NCBI GenBank assembly: GCA_051294905.1
Contig: CM119382.1
Location: forward strand, 7,378,001-7,442,000
Reading direction: 5' to 3'
From: Botryllus schlosseri
Lineage: Eukaryota
DNA: 64,000 nucleotides
Part shown: positions 12,179 to 26,650 of the stretch, piece by piece
Numbering within the stretch: position 1 is the stretch's first letter
Layout: each line of letters starts with the position of its first letter
The notes under the pieces: generated by a model
The model's input: the letters and a program-made list of their open reading frames with translations, nothing else
What the model was told of the DNA's origin: nothing
Databases searched by the model: none
Program-made: the position numbers and the translations under genes

Positions 12179-15100
12179 TCTTGCAACTGATCATCGATTT
12201 TGATGTGAATACAAGCCTACAATCCAAACATGATTTCTCAACCTCTGTTGCATCACTGCTCGCTCGAATGTGATTCACTCACATATCTCCGCCATATTGG
12301 TGGGTAATCCAAGAATTCTCAACGAAAATCTCAAATAACTCCGCTTCTACTAGTCGGAATTGAGTCAAATTTGTTTTGCATCGATTTCGAGGACAACTCA
12401 ACAATTTCATGGGGTTGACAGAAAAAAAAAATTTTTCACTTTTTCCAAGTAAATTAAAATTTTTAATTGGTTCTGCGGTGGCTTATACTTGTTAGAATAG
12501 AACCAAATTAGGTGTGCATCGTTTAGGGTAACCTGACAATTTAATCAATGAATGGCTGGAATCCGAAAAAAGCTATTTTTGAACAACCCTATAGTACCTG
12601 CGTCACAGATCAGTGAGCAATTCAGGGACCTTTGTCGAACGATCTTGCTACTTCAGGTCTGTCCTGTAGCCTGTATTAGAGTTCTATTGGCTCTGTATTT
12701 TCGAATCTAAATCCTGATGCTGATTTGAGCGTGAAGTATGTGTCCAAATCCGCATTCTGTATCCAGCTATCGTCGTACGCTTAATAAGTTCCAAATCAAG
12801 CATGATATCGTCATCATTTTATTAAAATTTTCATCAAATCGCTACACGGCTTTGAACCGTATATTCATATGCTTATTGACTCAAAAAACTCTTCGAGTGC
12901 CCCTTATCGAGTCAATGAAAATATGAATGAACTGTTAAACGTCATGTTCAAGTTATGTACCACCAATCAGTTATTCAAATCAATACACCACAAATTCATC
13001 AAAGGTCGCGTGACCGTTAGAATAGTGTTCGAAATCCCGCCTCAAACACAAAATACGCATTCGAAATCCATTTCTTCAAAAGCATAATCGAAATCTGATC
13101 CAGATACAGAATAGGTTTCCGAAAACGTATTTTTATCAAATCCGTATGCAAGTCCGGTGCACTCCAAGTGGAATTATAATTGCGCAGTCATCCAATAATC
13201 GTCATGAAATCAACCAACGTTCACTTAAAGTTACGAGGTCGCTGTAGGTGACGCGTTAATCAATAACCACTGACAGACTCCACGGGAGCGAATGAGGTCA
13301 TGATATGATTAAATCGGTATGGAGTGCTATAAACATAAATACACAAAAGATCAGTATCGCCGAGCGGTGACAATGCATTTTCGATAACTCGTATGCTCAT
13401 TGGCGATGTTGCCCAATGGATGATACTATTAGATTACACGCCCCCAAAAGAGCGTTCGACAAAAGCAATAACGTAACGAGGAACGTAGGCTAGACATCTC
13501 GCCCACCGAACTTGAGACGTCTGTCTTGGCATCAGTATCGGCCTGATCCTGCTCGCAGGATGTAGCTCTGAAATGTCTTGATGAAATGCGTATTCCAAGT
13601 GAGACTCGGTGGACAAACGTGCCGAACAGAGCAGATTGCTACAAATGAAACAGCCTTATAGGGCGAATCAGCGTGGATAATAGAGGCGATTTGCAGTAAT
13701 TATTTCGATTTATTATTTCATAATAATCAGTCGGACATTCTGCGCACTACTAATCAACTAGACTAGGGCATGCGGAATGCGTAAGATGTGAGTGACTTCT
13801 TTCATAATTAGGATTTGATGTAAATAGGAGAAATTTATGAAGGAAGGAATAAAGCACAGGCCTTGAGCTGAGCGTTGGATATACTGAGGAGTATATGTAT
13901 TAGGAAGAGTAGGTGTGAGGTAAGCACTAACCAGAGAAGATTTATGCAGCCTCAACATGGCTACAGAAGTAGAAGTAGTACCGTGAATTTCTACTCGGTT
14001 AGAATTATAAGCAGTTATTTCTGAAACAGTTCGAAACTACTTCAAGACGTAGTATGTAATGAAAGGTCTTAAAAATACGCCATTAAGTTCATTTTTAACA
14101 GGTATATTTGGTTGAATTGACGCATACTTTTAATAGTGATGCGGCGGGAAGACATACTTTTGAAATTTGTAGATGCATCTTCGCGATGCTATGTCGTCTG
14201 GTTACTGCGATAATGTCACTCACAAAGATGATGCAAACCAATCCAGGAACAACTGTCTACTTTTAAAAAGTGCGAGCGTAAAAAGTATGTGGTTGTGCGT
14301 ACAAAACGTTAAGTAGGAGATGAAGTGATCAGAAAACGTAACCTATTGATTACGTAGTGAAATTAGTCATAACCTATTCTAGTACTGTGTTACTGACTAT
14401 GACCAGCTCTGGCATGAGTATGTGTGCGAAAAGTAGAGAAGAGTTAGCCGAGCATGTTTCGCGCATAGTCGACACCAAGTTGGCGAACACTGGAGATGCT
14501 GAAATGTCCATACCTTGTGGTAGATATAGACACATAATCAAGTGATATTCGTGAGCATGAGCCTTAAGTTCCAGACTTTGCGAGTTGCGCGCGTTGCGCC
14601 GTTAAAATATATCGTCAAGAAACAATTACCATTGATATAGTTCAGATTCAAGTATTTTCGCGCGCAGTCTGTATCTCTATTCATATAATATATTATGTCA
14701 CCTGGGGATCTCCCAGGGATATGATACGGTAAACAAAAAGTTCTTGAACATGTTTTCTTCGGCGTGAATTTAACTAATTATGCGACATTCGCCACGAGCC
14801 GGCAGCGATCGAGGAGCTCGGAACAAAGCAGCGTGTGAAGATGTCCAGCGGAATGAATAAAGACTGTGATCAGTGATGATCAGTATTTATGGTATATATA
14901 ACTGATAACGATGGAGATAGTAGGAAGACAACAACAACAACTAATAAAATTAGGTATCTTATGAGGATATAGTAATATATCCTTCGAATCACCATGACCT
15001 GCTTGTTGATAATTTCGAATGTCCACAAGTTTGCGGGATTCGCCGACTCGACAAATATTATGAAATCCACGATTTTGGCGAATATGCGAAATCATAAAGC

Positions 15101-18075
15101 TATGTCAAGCCAAATGATGATCCTGAACCCATCGAATTAGAATAATTAGATCGTTCCCCGGTCCTGATGGAATGTGACCCTTCACTGATACAGTGATAAA
15201 TAAAACTCCAAAAGTTTTATCATCTGTGGGTGATGCCTTGTTTGGTAATGAAAAGACTCGGGCATGTTAGCATGCGTTCTTTATTTTTATTATGATACAC
15301 AACAGTGGTGCTTTAAGCCTGTCTAAGGCTTTCTGCTCCACGACATGAGAGTTTTTGTACAGAACAACGCATGTCTGCGTGCCTTTCATTTTCTTGCACT
15401 CTCTCAGGCAGTCGCTGTCACGCGCGCTTCATCGTTTCTTTTGCTGCCGAAATATAGCTCGGCTCACCGTGATTGGGCTTTTTAAGTGACTGCAACTGCA
15501 GTGAGGTAGGCGATGAGGAGCTCATATAACCTCCGACACGTAGAAGTTATTAGAACCATTGCCATTGGTGTTGTGGCGCTGGCGCTTCCCTCGCGTTTTT
15601 TATTATTACGATTGTTACAATTCAATGTTCAGAATGATGATTTTGGTTAGGTTGTGACTGTTATTGGTAAATACGTGGCTGTAGTAATGCAGTCGTCGCA
15701 ACAGCTAGGGCTCTGGTAGAAGGATATTTTTAGCAGAGCAAATTCACTTTCCAACAACGATATCTCATGTAGCTCAATTTGTAAGGTCCTTTGTAGGGCC
15801 TGCAACTCTTTCGGCCTCAGTCACTGGAGTCGGAGTTAATTGCAATCTATTGACTACAATCGGATGTTTCAACGACCAATTTATCTGAACCACTGAAATA
15901 TCACCGATTCGAAATGCCACATGAAGTGTAAGGCAGGGAAATGAATGTATGGCAGTATCGAAACCAAAAGGACTTACTTTATCCTACTTATATTATGTCT
16001 AGCAGAGGACTGGTTTTCCATACATGTGCATTGTGCATCATTATCATCACTGAGATCGCCATACCTATTCAGCAACAAACTCCTGCGTTACGATCACATA
16101 ATGTAGTTTTGAGATTACACGGTATTGTTGCACCATGGCATTCGACGGTATCCGTTAACCGTCCTATATGCTTCTTGCGATTTGGAATCGCTAATTTTAC
16201 AAAACGTCGGAGAAAAATACTTTTCAGTTGAGTTCAGCCCATCAAACTACTGAACTACTGAGACTATCCGCTGATGAACGTCCTATATATATATATATAC
16301 TAGTCTTTCCTCTTTCGCCAGATTTATTTTTGTCTGCAGTATTCTCGTGTGACACAATTATTCCGCGAACTCAGCTCAGTGCCATGTAACCTGGGGAACT
16401 CCCCGGTATATGATAAGGTAAAACGTCGAATAGACAGGAAGCAGCGGGCGAGCAGTCTCGCACATGCACGCGCGCAAAATAAACAAGGGCGTTAACTCGT
16501 CTCTTGCCTACCAAAGTGTCCACTGTAAATATGGCATAGCGATGTGCGTAAAGGCGAAACAACTATAGCGAATTCACATGATCTAGTCTTTCCCTGGTAC
16601 GTGAATTTTTACATTTTTGTCACATTTTAATACCACAGGTCAGCTATACATGATGGATGAAATGGTAACGCATTGGTCATGTTATTTTCCGTTGCTATAA
16701 TGCTGATTGGAGTGTAAATTTCTGTCTCAAAGAGCTTGGATGAGTAAGAGTTTTGTAAAATGTTGATAGTTACAGTCTAGTCAAATTTGGGTTGACGTAT
16801 TGATGTATTTGAACTGCGCTTTCGCAATGCATGCGTATGTAACCTGGGAAATTCCCTGGTATATGAGTAGGTGGGCAGTAGGCACTAGGCAGACGCCTCT
16901 AAAACTCGGGGAGTGCCACGGTGCAATTACTGATTTTTCATGAGGCGCCGCCTTATTTCCGCATTTCGTCGCAATGATCAATACTTCACTCCGAGGGTCG
17001 CTCATAATTGCGAAGAAGGCGATAGAGTCATTTCTGTAACTTATACTTTAGTTTATATTATAATAATGATATAATTATCAGTCTACTATTATTTTGTCGC
17101 AGGGTACGGTACCCAAATTGAGAGCAACAAATCCCTATTGCCACCATATCGCGCAATGTTCGAAAGAAAGTTATCGAGTTGAATAAATTCGCCCGAAAAC
17201 ATTCTACTTTTTGTTGATTTGCGAAATAGTTTTACCCTTGAATACCGTATAATTTCACACCGCATCCCGTATGCCCCCTGATTTGTTGCCTCGTACCCCA
17301 GGGGGTCCATAGGCCCATGGTTAAGAACCGCTGACCTAGATATATAACGGGACTGTATAACGAGCCGATGCCGTCACAATCATAATTGAAAAAAATGTAC
17401 GTTCATGTACGACGTACGTACATTCGTACAATCCGTACATTTTACAAATTCACAGACTTCGAGCTATATATGTGTTTGTGCGTTTAGTTAGATTGACGCA
17501 TATCGTAAATATACCGGGTAGAACCGACTAATGTTCGTTTATGAACGCTAACCTCTGAAATATCAAGTTGTAATATAGAAATATTAGACCAATCGTGACT
17601 ACGATTCGAAACAACCACACATTATTTGACATGTATTCGATAGTGGCATTGACTCTTAATTTTATTCTAGGAATATTCCCTAAGTACCGATTTACTGATT
17701 ATAAGATAATTATCTGACATACATCGTCGAATATCGACGAAAATTCCGTCTGCAACACTGAATATCCTGACATCAAGCCAACGGTGTCAGGATGTCGTCT
17801 GGACCAACGTCAACTCCTTCCGTTATCATCCGTCAATTACCTGAAGGTGCGTCAGTTGTGAATATGAAGCTGAGTCGTTGTAACAATCACAAATCCGTGC
17901 GTTTCAGCCGCTGACGTTTACGTACTTTGCCCATGTCCCGAAGTAAAGAATCATCGTATTGCATCGTTTGCCTTCATGCCGGTAAAATTGGATGAATCAG
18001 CGATATGCGAATGGGCGGCAAACGGATTCCATTATTTTGGAGCGGGATGTCAGATCAAGTGCTTTAGGTCAGTCA
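12179..18075 (+). repeat. Copy 1 of a colinear segmental duplication (paralogous to ~53075-61850)
   Basis: Blocks match in the same order: 12.6-14.1k to 53.3-54.4k, 14.1-15.3k to 55.6-56.6k, 15.95-16.7k to 57.7-58.5k, and 17.4-18.07k to 61.3-61.85k. Identity was judged by eye. Confidence 0.8.
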
Positions 18076-19214
18076 GTAGGTCGTGATGAATTCGATCGAT
18101 AGCTAGCTACTCCATTAACACTGATTAAAAACTTGACGTCGAAGTGTATTATATCGAAGGAAAGTGAAAGAGTGTGTCTGTGATATCACGCCACGAGATC
18201 ATCAACGCAGCGTTACATCCACCTGACCTGCATGTACCAGCGATGAGACGCTTCTAGTTATGACTTAACCCGAGCCATATTATGCGAGCCAGTATCTGTG
18301 TGGCAGATGAGTCTAAATCCATCCGAGTTATTTGCGGTGACTAGAAATGACTTGTGTCTCGAATGTAGTGACACATATTGACACACATATTCGCCACAGC
18401 CGTTGTTTGAATACTTGTATCTATAAATTTGAATTACCGTATTGCATTAATGTTCAGCTGCGGTCGTACAATCGAGAACATTGCACATGCAGAAAACCCG
18501 TCGTCCAAAGACTGGCACGTTGCTTGCTGTGTGTTTGCCAACAGCGGCGAACCAGTGGATCACCGGCGGCTCTTAAAGAGAAGCACTCCAAGCTTTACGA
18601 AGATCCATCTACTCTCAGTACGGAATCGTGCGGACAAATGTATTCACGAACATGCTACATATACCGAGTTAATAATCGTCTTTATTAATATCCCTATTCA
18701 GAAAAGTTCCATTGAAGCCTTCAATGACCGTGACCGTGTTGATGTCGTCGAGGATATCGCCATAACTGGAGATGATGGTATGTTAAATTGATTGATCGAT
18801 AGCGGGTTGTGCCTAGTGTCGTGAAGCGTGTGTCTGGTCAAAAATACTGCGTCAATTAGTATAATAAGATTACTGGGATATACCAGACGTTGAAAACAAA
18901 CTTAATTCCGGAGGTGGTCAAAGTAGTCAACAAAGCTACTCAAGCAGTCCTTTTAGAAGTATCGGCGAAAATATCTATTCAAGTACGAGTACAAGCAGTC
19001 CTTTTAAAAGGATCCAAAAGTACTTAAAGTTGAGTAAAATTCGCTACTCAAGTAAGTAAGTAATTAGCTGTGAAAAGCAGTCGTAAATTCCTGTCATGGA
19101 CTATCAAAAGCTGGAAAATGAGCTATATAGACTGCGCAGAGAGCTGGATTCGTACTGCTAGATCCCTTGAGGCATAAAATTCTAAATGACTGTAAGAATT
19201 CTATCGCATTATGG

Positions 19215-21585
19215 CAGTGGTTCCCAACCGGGGGGGAGTTCCCCCCTTGAGGGGAATTTCGAATTTTTTTTTGGGGGGGGGGGAATTTGGCTTCAGCGTT
19301 GTAACGCAAGATACACTAGATTCGCAACATTTTTCGACTTTTATGTTAGAACTGCAAAGTATGAAACTAGTTCTTTGGAGGTCTCTTTTTGTCGAATTCT
19401 TAGCTAGATATATATTTATATGCCTCTATAATCTTTCACCCCTCGAAAAAGTGAGGCGCGTGAGACGATGTCGTTGGGCCCGCGAGAGCCTCTCGACCAA
19501 ATTGCCACTAATCAGGGAAAAGTCGGGGAGAATTCAGCACAAAAAAGCCATTGGGGAAAATGTTTACTTTTTTAAGCCAACATCTCTGCTAACGTGAAAA
19601 ACACGAAATTCATTGATTCAACTCAAGACTATCGCAAAAGCGAATTTGATGATTTATTTGTAGTCAGGAGCTACCCGACCAGTACAAAAACAGGCCAAAT
19701 TTAGAGTAATTTTACCGCAACGGAAAGTGATGACCAAATTTATTTTGATTTAGATCAATTTTTGATAACAATCAGTGGTGGCCCTACTATTGAGCGTCCT
19801 GGGCGAGACTTCCAGGGACCCTATGAGTAGGGGAGATGTGGTACCGATGGATCACTGGGACCGAAAATACTTGAAAAATTCTCTATGATAATTCCATGAT
19901 TACACTCCGTGGATTTGTCTACAATTACATGCTGACAGAATCTTTCGTCATATTCAGAAAAATTCGACCTGCGTGAGTTATGGGGTCTGTGACGAATGAT
20001 TTACGTTTTAGGGGTGTAAAGTAAATTTGGATCGACATTTGCATTTTTCTATATCACCTTTCAGACTAACAAACCCGCCATAATTTGTGATGTGAAGTAT
20101 AGGGGCTTGTATCAGGGTATAGAATGGCACATATTTTGTGAATCAATACCATCCTCGAGTGGACTATTTTCAAGTCAATTACAATATTTATGGGGTGGGG
20201 GACCTATGCTGGTACCATAACCAAATCATGCAAAATAGATATACCAACTAATCACTTTACATCAGAAACTCGCCTACATATATATAGGCTGTAAATAATA
20301 GTTACCTGTGGTGTTTTATCGCTATTACGAGGTATTTGAAAGTCAAAATGTCGATTTGCGGGTAATATGTATGCGACATTAATTTTGTAAGTTTAGGCGT
20401 AAATCAAAACACGATTTTATGCCAACATTTAAGTTGATATAATCTATTTTATTCTTGAAGGTCGCGACGAAACTTTCTTCATTGGCTTGCTGTAGCTTAG
20501 CTTATAATGCACAACAAAACAAGTTAACAAATTTGAGTTTTTGAGCGTATGTCTCATCGGTCCCATGGTCGTGTGCCTTTGGACCCATCGGGTGGGGACA
20601 GATGACACGTTCGAGCAACAAATTTTAAACGTTTATAAATATTTTTTGAAAATGCGGGTATTCATGTAAATGTCCGCGATAGATAGAGCTTGTATCGAAG
20701 TGTTGATACAGCAAAATATCTGCTATTCTCGGCTGAAGATTTGAGGGCCAGAGATAATTTTGCAATTTTTGATCCATCGGTACCACATCTTCCCTATGTA
20801 ATCGCAGCATTTGGGGGACTTCACACCCAGATCCCCTCGCTTCTATTATTACCAACTTAAATTAATGTGCCATATGGACCGGAATTACGTCACTCACGTG
20901 TATGACACTGTAACACGGTTTTGAAGCAGGCTTCAATGTCGAATTGTTGTAGCTCCTGAGCCTTCTTTTATTATACATTGACAAATTATAAAATAAGTGA
21001 CCCCGCTAAATATATCTCATGTCTTCATGTTGAAGATGTATGGCATGTAGCGTGAAATAAGAAAACAGCGGTACAACTGCTGCAGGCTAATAGACCATTT
21101 GGCAAGCTATCGGGTGACATTAGTATAAGCCAACACACCACGTCAAGGTTCGATTATCGGATTATGGAACTTTTCTAACAAATGCATAGATTTGATGATT
21201 GACCCATCTGTACAGAACCATCTTCTTGATTGGTACACGGATTTCCACGTTTATTCGCTATAATCCTTGAAAAGGCACTTAAACCAAAGATGGGGAGTCC
21301 TTTGTCCAAGTTCCCCTGGGCGACCGCCCACACCAAAAGCCACCACTGATAACAATACACCTAGTGTCAAATAATTGATATGGAAGTTGTCAGCGGTACT
21401 TTACGAAAGTGTAATGCGGTCCGCATTCAACATAGTGAGGGCATATCTGAATACGTTTTGGCATATATTGCTCAGTCAACAAATGGCTGTGCGTTAAAAA
21501 GCACCATTTTAGTAACCGGGCAACTTTTTCTTAGGGGGGGAATTTCGGCTCAAATATCGGCCACGAAAAAGGTTGGGAACCACTG
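19215..21585. mobile_element. Non-autonomous or decayed hAT-type DNA transposon
   Basis: Perfect 15-bp TIRs CAGTGGTTCCCAACC / GGTTGGGAACCACTG and an 8-bp TSD CATTATGG (19207-19214 and 21586-21593). No intact transposase ORF. Confidence 0.9.
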
Positions 21586-24500
21586 CATTATGGGATGTAA
21601 ATCATAGCCATGGTGGGAACTAATTCTCAAAAGTCAAAGACCATATTAGCACGATACCTACGGTTCCAAACGTCATGCCGAGCCATATTCACTGTGCTAA
21701 AACATATCATATGAGCGACATTGACAGGAACCACGCAACCTGCTATATTAATTAATATTGGCCAATACTTTTGTGAAAATCTATTTGTCAATCCATATCC
21801 ACGAAAAATCTGTACTTGATTTAAATGTAACAATGTAATGATTGTTGATAGTCCGTGAAAACAGCCCTAAAATTACTCCGCCTTGGTCTCTCTCTCTCAT
21901 TGGAAGAACATGATACTTCTACTTGACACACTGTTAGTAAATAATTAAATCACGAAATATTAACACGTAGAAGTAGAAATAGCGGAAAATTAGATTTTTT
22001 AAAGTAAATATTGCAAGTAGCAGAAAACCACTTGAACACTTTGAAAAAGTAGGAGTAGGCCTACTTCGTTACTAACCACCTCTGCGTATTCCAATGAAAA
22101 CAGAGGTGATCAGAGTTGAACTGCTGCATTACTAACTGTTCTTTCCGCCAACCCTCAGCAAATTCTCAATTCAAATTACACTGGTCAACACTATTTTTGT
22201 TGACTTTGATTAGACAATTGATTTTGACTAAATTTTGGGCGCTGAATTCAAAAATGACTTCCGTTTTTCTCTATCACGTCAAGTTATTGGGTTAGCCACC
22301 TACCACATTGTCCCATAACCCACATAATAGTACTACTTTTATTATTTTGTATTAATTGTAAAAAACGTTTCAAAAACCACAAGCAGTCGAAAGTACATCA
22401 ATAGACATCAAATAAACATTTGCACTGCTTTATTTGGTTGATTTAAAGTGATATTGCTTCCCCATGACAAATAAAGTGCGAGTTTCAGGGTCCAAATTTA
22501 CGCTAATAACCTATCATTCTGTTGGTGGTCTAGTTTGATAGTCGAGCAATAGTCAGCTGACATATGTGAGCTCCAATCTATTCTGGTATCTTACCCCCAT
22601 CATCTTCAGATGTTGGGGAACATTTTCTCCTTGTTCATCTCTGACTATGTCAAGGTTTTTATGGAAATTATATAGATATTTTAGCGTTTTTGAATGTCTG
22701 CTGTCCTACGTAAACATATGGCAGTAATACATGTGTATCAGGGTTGCCTGTGCATTGTGCAACCTTATTGTCTGACCACTAGAAAACACAATATTTCGAA
22801 ACTGACACATTTGATCCAGTCGTGCTCGTGATATTGCAATAATTCAATGTTTCTGTATCACTCATGTTTATGTATTATTCATGAAGACTAACTGAGTGTG
22901 CAATTATTACGGAATCTAAGACTTTGCCATTTTGGAGAATGGCACACTTTAGGACCCTTTTTGAGCTACCTATAGGCATTTGCCATTCACTTGACTGGTA
23001 AATCAGGATTCCTAACTCCCCCAATAATCCATGGTAACGGTATCATGCCAATGCCAGTATCGCCGCAATACACAAAGCTACCGAAAGTAGGTCTACGAAG
23101 AAAAGGATGTTTCTCCTGATAGAAAGTCAGATACCTTCTCTACCTTGCCAAGAAATCTTTTCTCACTTCATAAGGATGTTGAAAGTTCCGAAGATTCTAT
23201 TCCAAGTCCCGAAGCTTATGTCATATCAATAACTCGTGTTGATGGGCTACTCTAGGTTCTGAATCAACTTCGATTTCAAAATCTTCATCATTTGGCCTGC
23301 TATGCCTAAGATCTACATCTTGATCCAAATTATCGAGCGTATAGTAGTTTCAGATTACACTGGATAAGCTGAATGGGGCATTGGACCTATAGCTGATAGC
23401 AAATGCCATGATTTTTTTTCTTGCCATATCCTGCAGTTTGCATCAAATTGTGTGTGAAATATCCTCGGATGATTGCATCCTCCAACCAAAAATGGGTGAA
23501 AATATCGGCCTAGATCGATACCAGTACCTTTTACCTACATAGTTCAATCGATCCCTTGACCGTATAACTGATTATATGGTAAAGTGTGGATTTTTATACG
23601 ATATGGAAAAGTATTACGGCTACATTTGTGAAAATTCGCATATTTTGGGCATATGTCGTAGAGCAAAAAATTGACGTGATAGAAGAAAACCAGCGGCATT
23701 TTTGGAATCAGCACGCCAAAATTAGCCTGAATCAAGTACCAAATAAAAGTCAACAAATTTTTCGTTCAAAATTGTTGGCCAGTGTTATTTTGTTCTTATT
23801 TAATCAAGTTGTTGTATGTTTGATGTTAAATTGGTACTGGCTTCAGATCTGTGGTTATTACCTTTTTGTGTTGCTGATCATTTTGCGTAATGAACTGGCA
23901 TTAGCGGTACCGATTGGAAGCTGTCTTGACGAAGTAATAAACTGCTTACGAGTATTGTTTAGCGCCCAATACACAAGTATCACATGACAAGCAGTCTAAT
24001 AGGTAGTGATGTGTAATTTGATTTACATTCCTCGTATTGGCAGCAGCAACAGCATAAGCTATATATTACATTATAGTATATTATAGGCGGTTGTCGAGTA
24101 TAATGGTCAAATTCGAGCCTTTTCGATTTAAATTACTTGAATGCAAACCAGCTCCAGTGTTATTCATATTTCTTATTTAATCTACGTATATTCAATGTTG
24201 ATTTTCAGAGTTGGATAATGGCGGCACCCATGCGATGTATTCTGGCGTCGAAATCAACCTACGGTGAGTGCGTTAAGGCCTATCATCTTGAGAGATGAAA
24301 TTCAAATTATCAATGCTCAGTTTCTCATTTGGTCATGTATGATTGCGGCTGTTTTCACAGTGGAGTGCTTATGGAAAACAACATGGCTTGTTTCTGTAGT
24401 GTAGGGATAGCAGAGTCTCAAATCCAGAACAGCATTCATAATTGAAAGTATAATCAAACCGCCCATGTGTAGTTTGAAGTTCGTTGTGCCATTGCTCACT

Positions 24501-25698
24501 ATATATGCAGTCGGCATATAAGACAGTCATATAGTTTCGTTTTACCATACATATTCACCAAAATCACCAGGTTAATGGGTGCTTTCTTAGACAAATTATG
24601 ATTTGTATGTTTGATGATGATATCGAGAATCACGTACCAGTTACGAACGCAATTCACTAACCAATTTTCTTTTACCAAACAGGCGACGCAGGAGATCTGA
24701 TGCATCAGCAAATTCTGAATCTGACAGAAAGAGAACAAGAAGACAACCTTCTATTCCGAGAAGCATGCGATAGGAAAACGTAGCTTATATGTAGGGCAAT
24801 CCGGACTCCCCACAATGTTTTAACTAACACCACGAGGATACAGAAAAAACGCATGTCAACAACACATCGCGAAGCATTGGCAGTATATAGACACTTCGCA
24901 TTTCTATGTTAATCCGTCCGGAGCCCTGGTCCGTCTATAGCAGAGGATATGTATGCTCAGAATTGACAAAAGACGCCTTTCCTCTCTCTGAATTTCGTTA
25001 TTTTGTGTAGCACCGTCCACGTCCGTTTTTGCCCTTTGTAAGTCACTGCCGGAAGGGATATCCGTCGAGGAGTAGCCTTAATGTACCCCCTGTGCCTCGG
25101 TAATAAGTCCAGATTCGAGTTTCGTTGGAGCAATTCGCACAGCCTGGTGTTGCATTGGCGCGATTTTGTTTTTCTCTCCATGTCTTTTTCTAACGATTGT
25201 AGTAACCATAATATTTATAACAGATCAGCACAAAATGAAATAATCACAATCATCAAAATGTGTCAACGCACATCATTTTATATTGCAAACAAAATACTCG
25301 ATGACACGAAATACGCTGTAATGAATATCGTAAAAACCAATGTACGTATCCATGCATTGGAGATTTAAGCGAATCACAGACTATGGCGTATGTGTGACTA
25401 CGTGATAACAAAGAAAATAAATATCCCCTTTCCTGCGATTTACAGTGCACTTTTACGTGTTGATCTGTCGAAACTGCTACACAGCCCGTCACACTGCTTT
25501 CTGGTAATATTCTCCATGTGAATCATCTTTAACGACTTCCATACATTATGATATATGTCGATCGTTGTGTTGTTTTCTGATTTTCGTTCATATTTATTGA
25601 GCGGGGGTTCGATTGAAAAAGATACAAAATAAAAATATATATATATTCTGTCGTCGTGTTATTGACTATAGTGTGTGCTGGTGCGGCTAGTTTAGAAA

Positions 25699-25773
<75 letters not shown>
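25699..25773 (+). repeat. (AG)n microsatellite
   Basis: Directly visible run with two interruptions. Confidence 0.97.
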
Positions 25774-26650
25774 TCCATGATACATCGATCACATACTTAT
25801 ACTTCAACAGTTAAAAATTCGTCCGTACAGCGACGACATTACCTGTGTTTGTTTGTTTTGGGGTATTAATGGTGTTTGTCGACTACTATGGTCATTTACA
25901 CCAGGCCGATATTCTACTTACTTTCCGTAACTGCCGACTTATAGCACGGCCCACCTCTAGGCTTTTGTAAGACACGTCAGCAGATGAGGTGGCGATTACC
26001 TGTGAAACGAGGACTCCTGATTGTTGACTGATTCATTCACCCGCAATCGTGTTATCGCGCGTAAATGAGAAATATACCGCATTTGTATTGAGATCAGGAT
26101 ATTAGGACATGTATTAACAAATGATCGTGAGGAAAAACAACAGATATAATATTATAAACTAAACTGTTCTAAATTCTAAAACATCTACGTTGAAACAGTC
26201 AGTTAGTCAGTCAGTATGCTTTATTCATCTCACCAACAAACACATGTAAATTGGTATAGATTGGGAGACGACGGGGGACCGGTAGGTCTTAGATTCAGTC
26301 GCCACCCAGCGGAGTTATGAATGAGTAAATATGGCAAGATCAATACTAACGATAATGACAGTTAACCAATGGACATAAAAATATACAAAAGATAAAAGTC
26401 ATGGAAAATCAGCGGAACTTGTGAACTATACGCCGGTATTTCCCGGTCATGGTGAACACGTCTACTTTAATGTTTCCCCATGAGCACTCATTGTTTTCAT
26501 GGGGCGCACTTTCTCTTTTTGCCTTTTTCCCTTTGCATTCTCTCGAATCTATCCCGAAAAAGTGCTGACTCAGCATAAAAGTAGTTACGAGGTTTGAGTT
26601 TGTTCCGTCCGCTCCAATTTTACAGGATTTTGCACAAGCCGTCGTACGTC

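Noticed and set aside
11771-12203. 117/123-aa overlapping ORFs as a second RING exon
   Set aside because: No RING or BIR motif in any frame examined.
22450-23400. Possible decayed LINE endonuclease fragments (LPWIIGG, SWNRIFG)
   Set aside because: Motifs are fragmentary and not in a consistent order.
24957-25181. Short ORF or FLYWCH-like fragment (GGTLRLLLDGYPF in another frame)
   Set aside because: Broken by stops and too short to call.
25892-25899. TCATTTAC direct repeat (also 51201-51208) and GGTGTTT (25871 and 51124) as element TSDs
   Set aside because: No convincing inverted repeats lie inside either pair; matches of 7-8 bp are expected by chance in AT-rich DNA.
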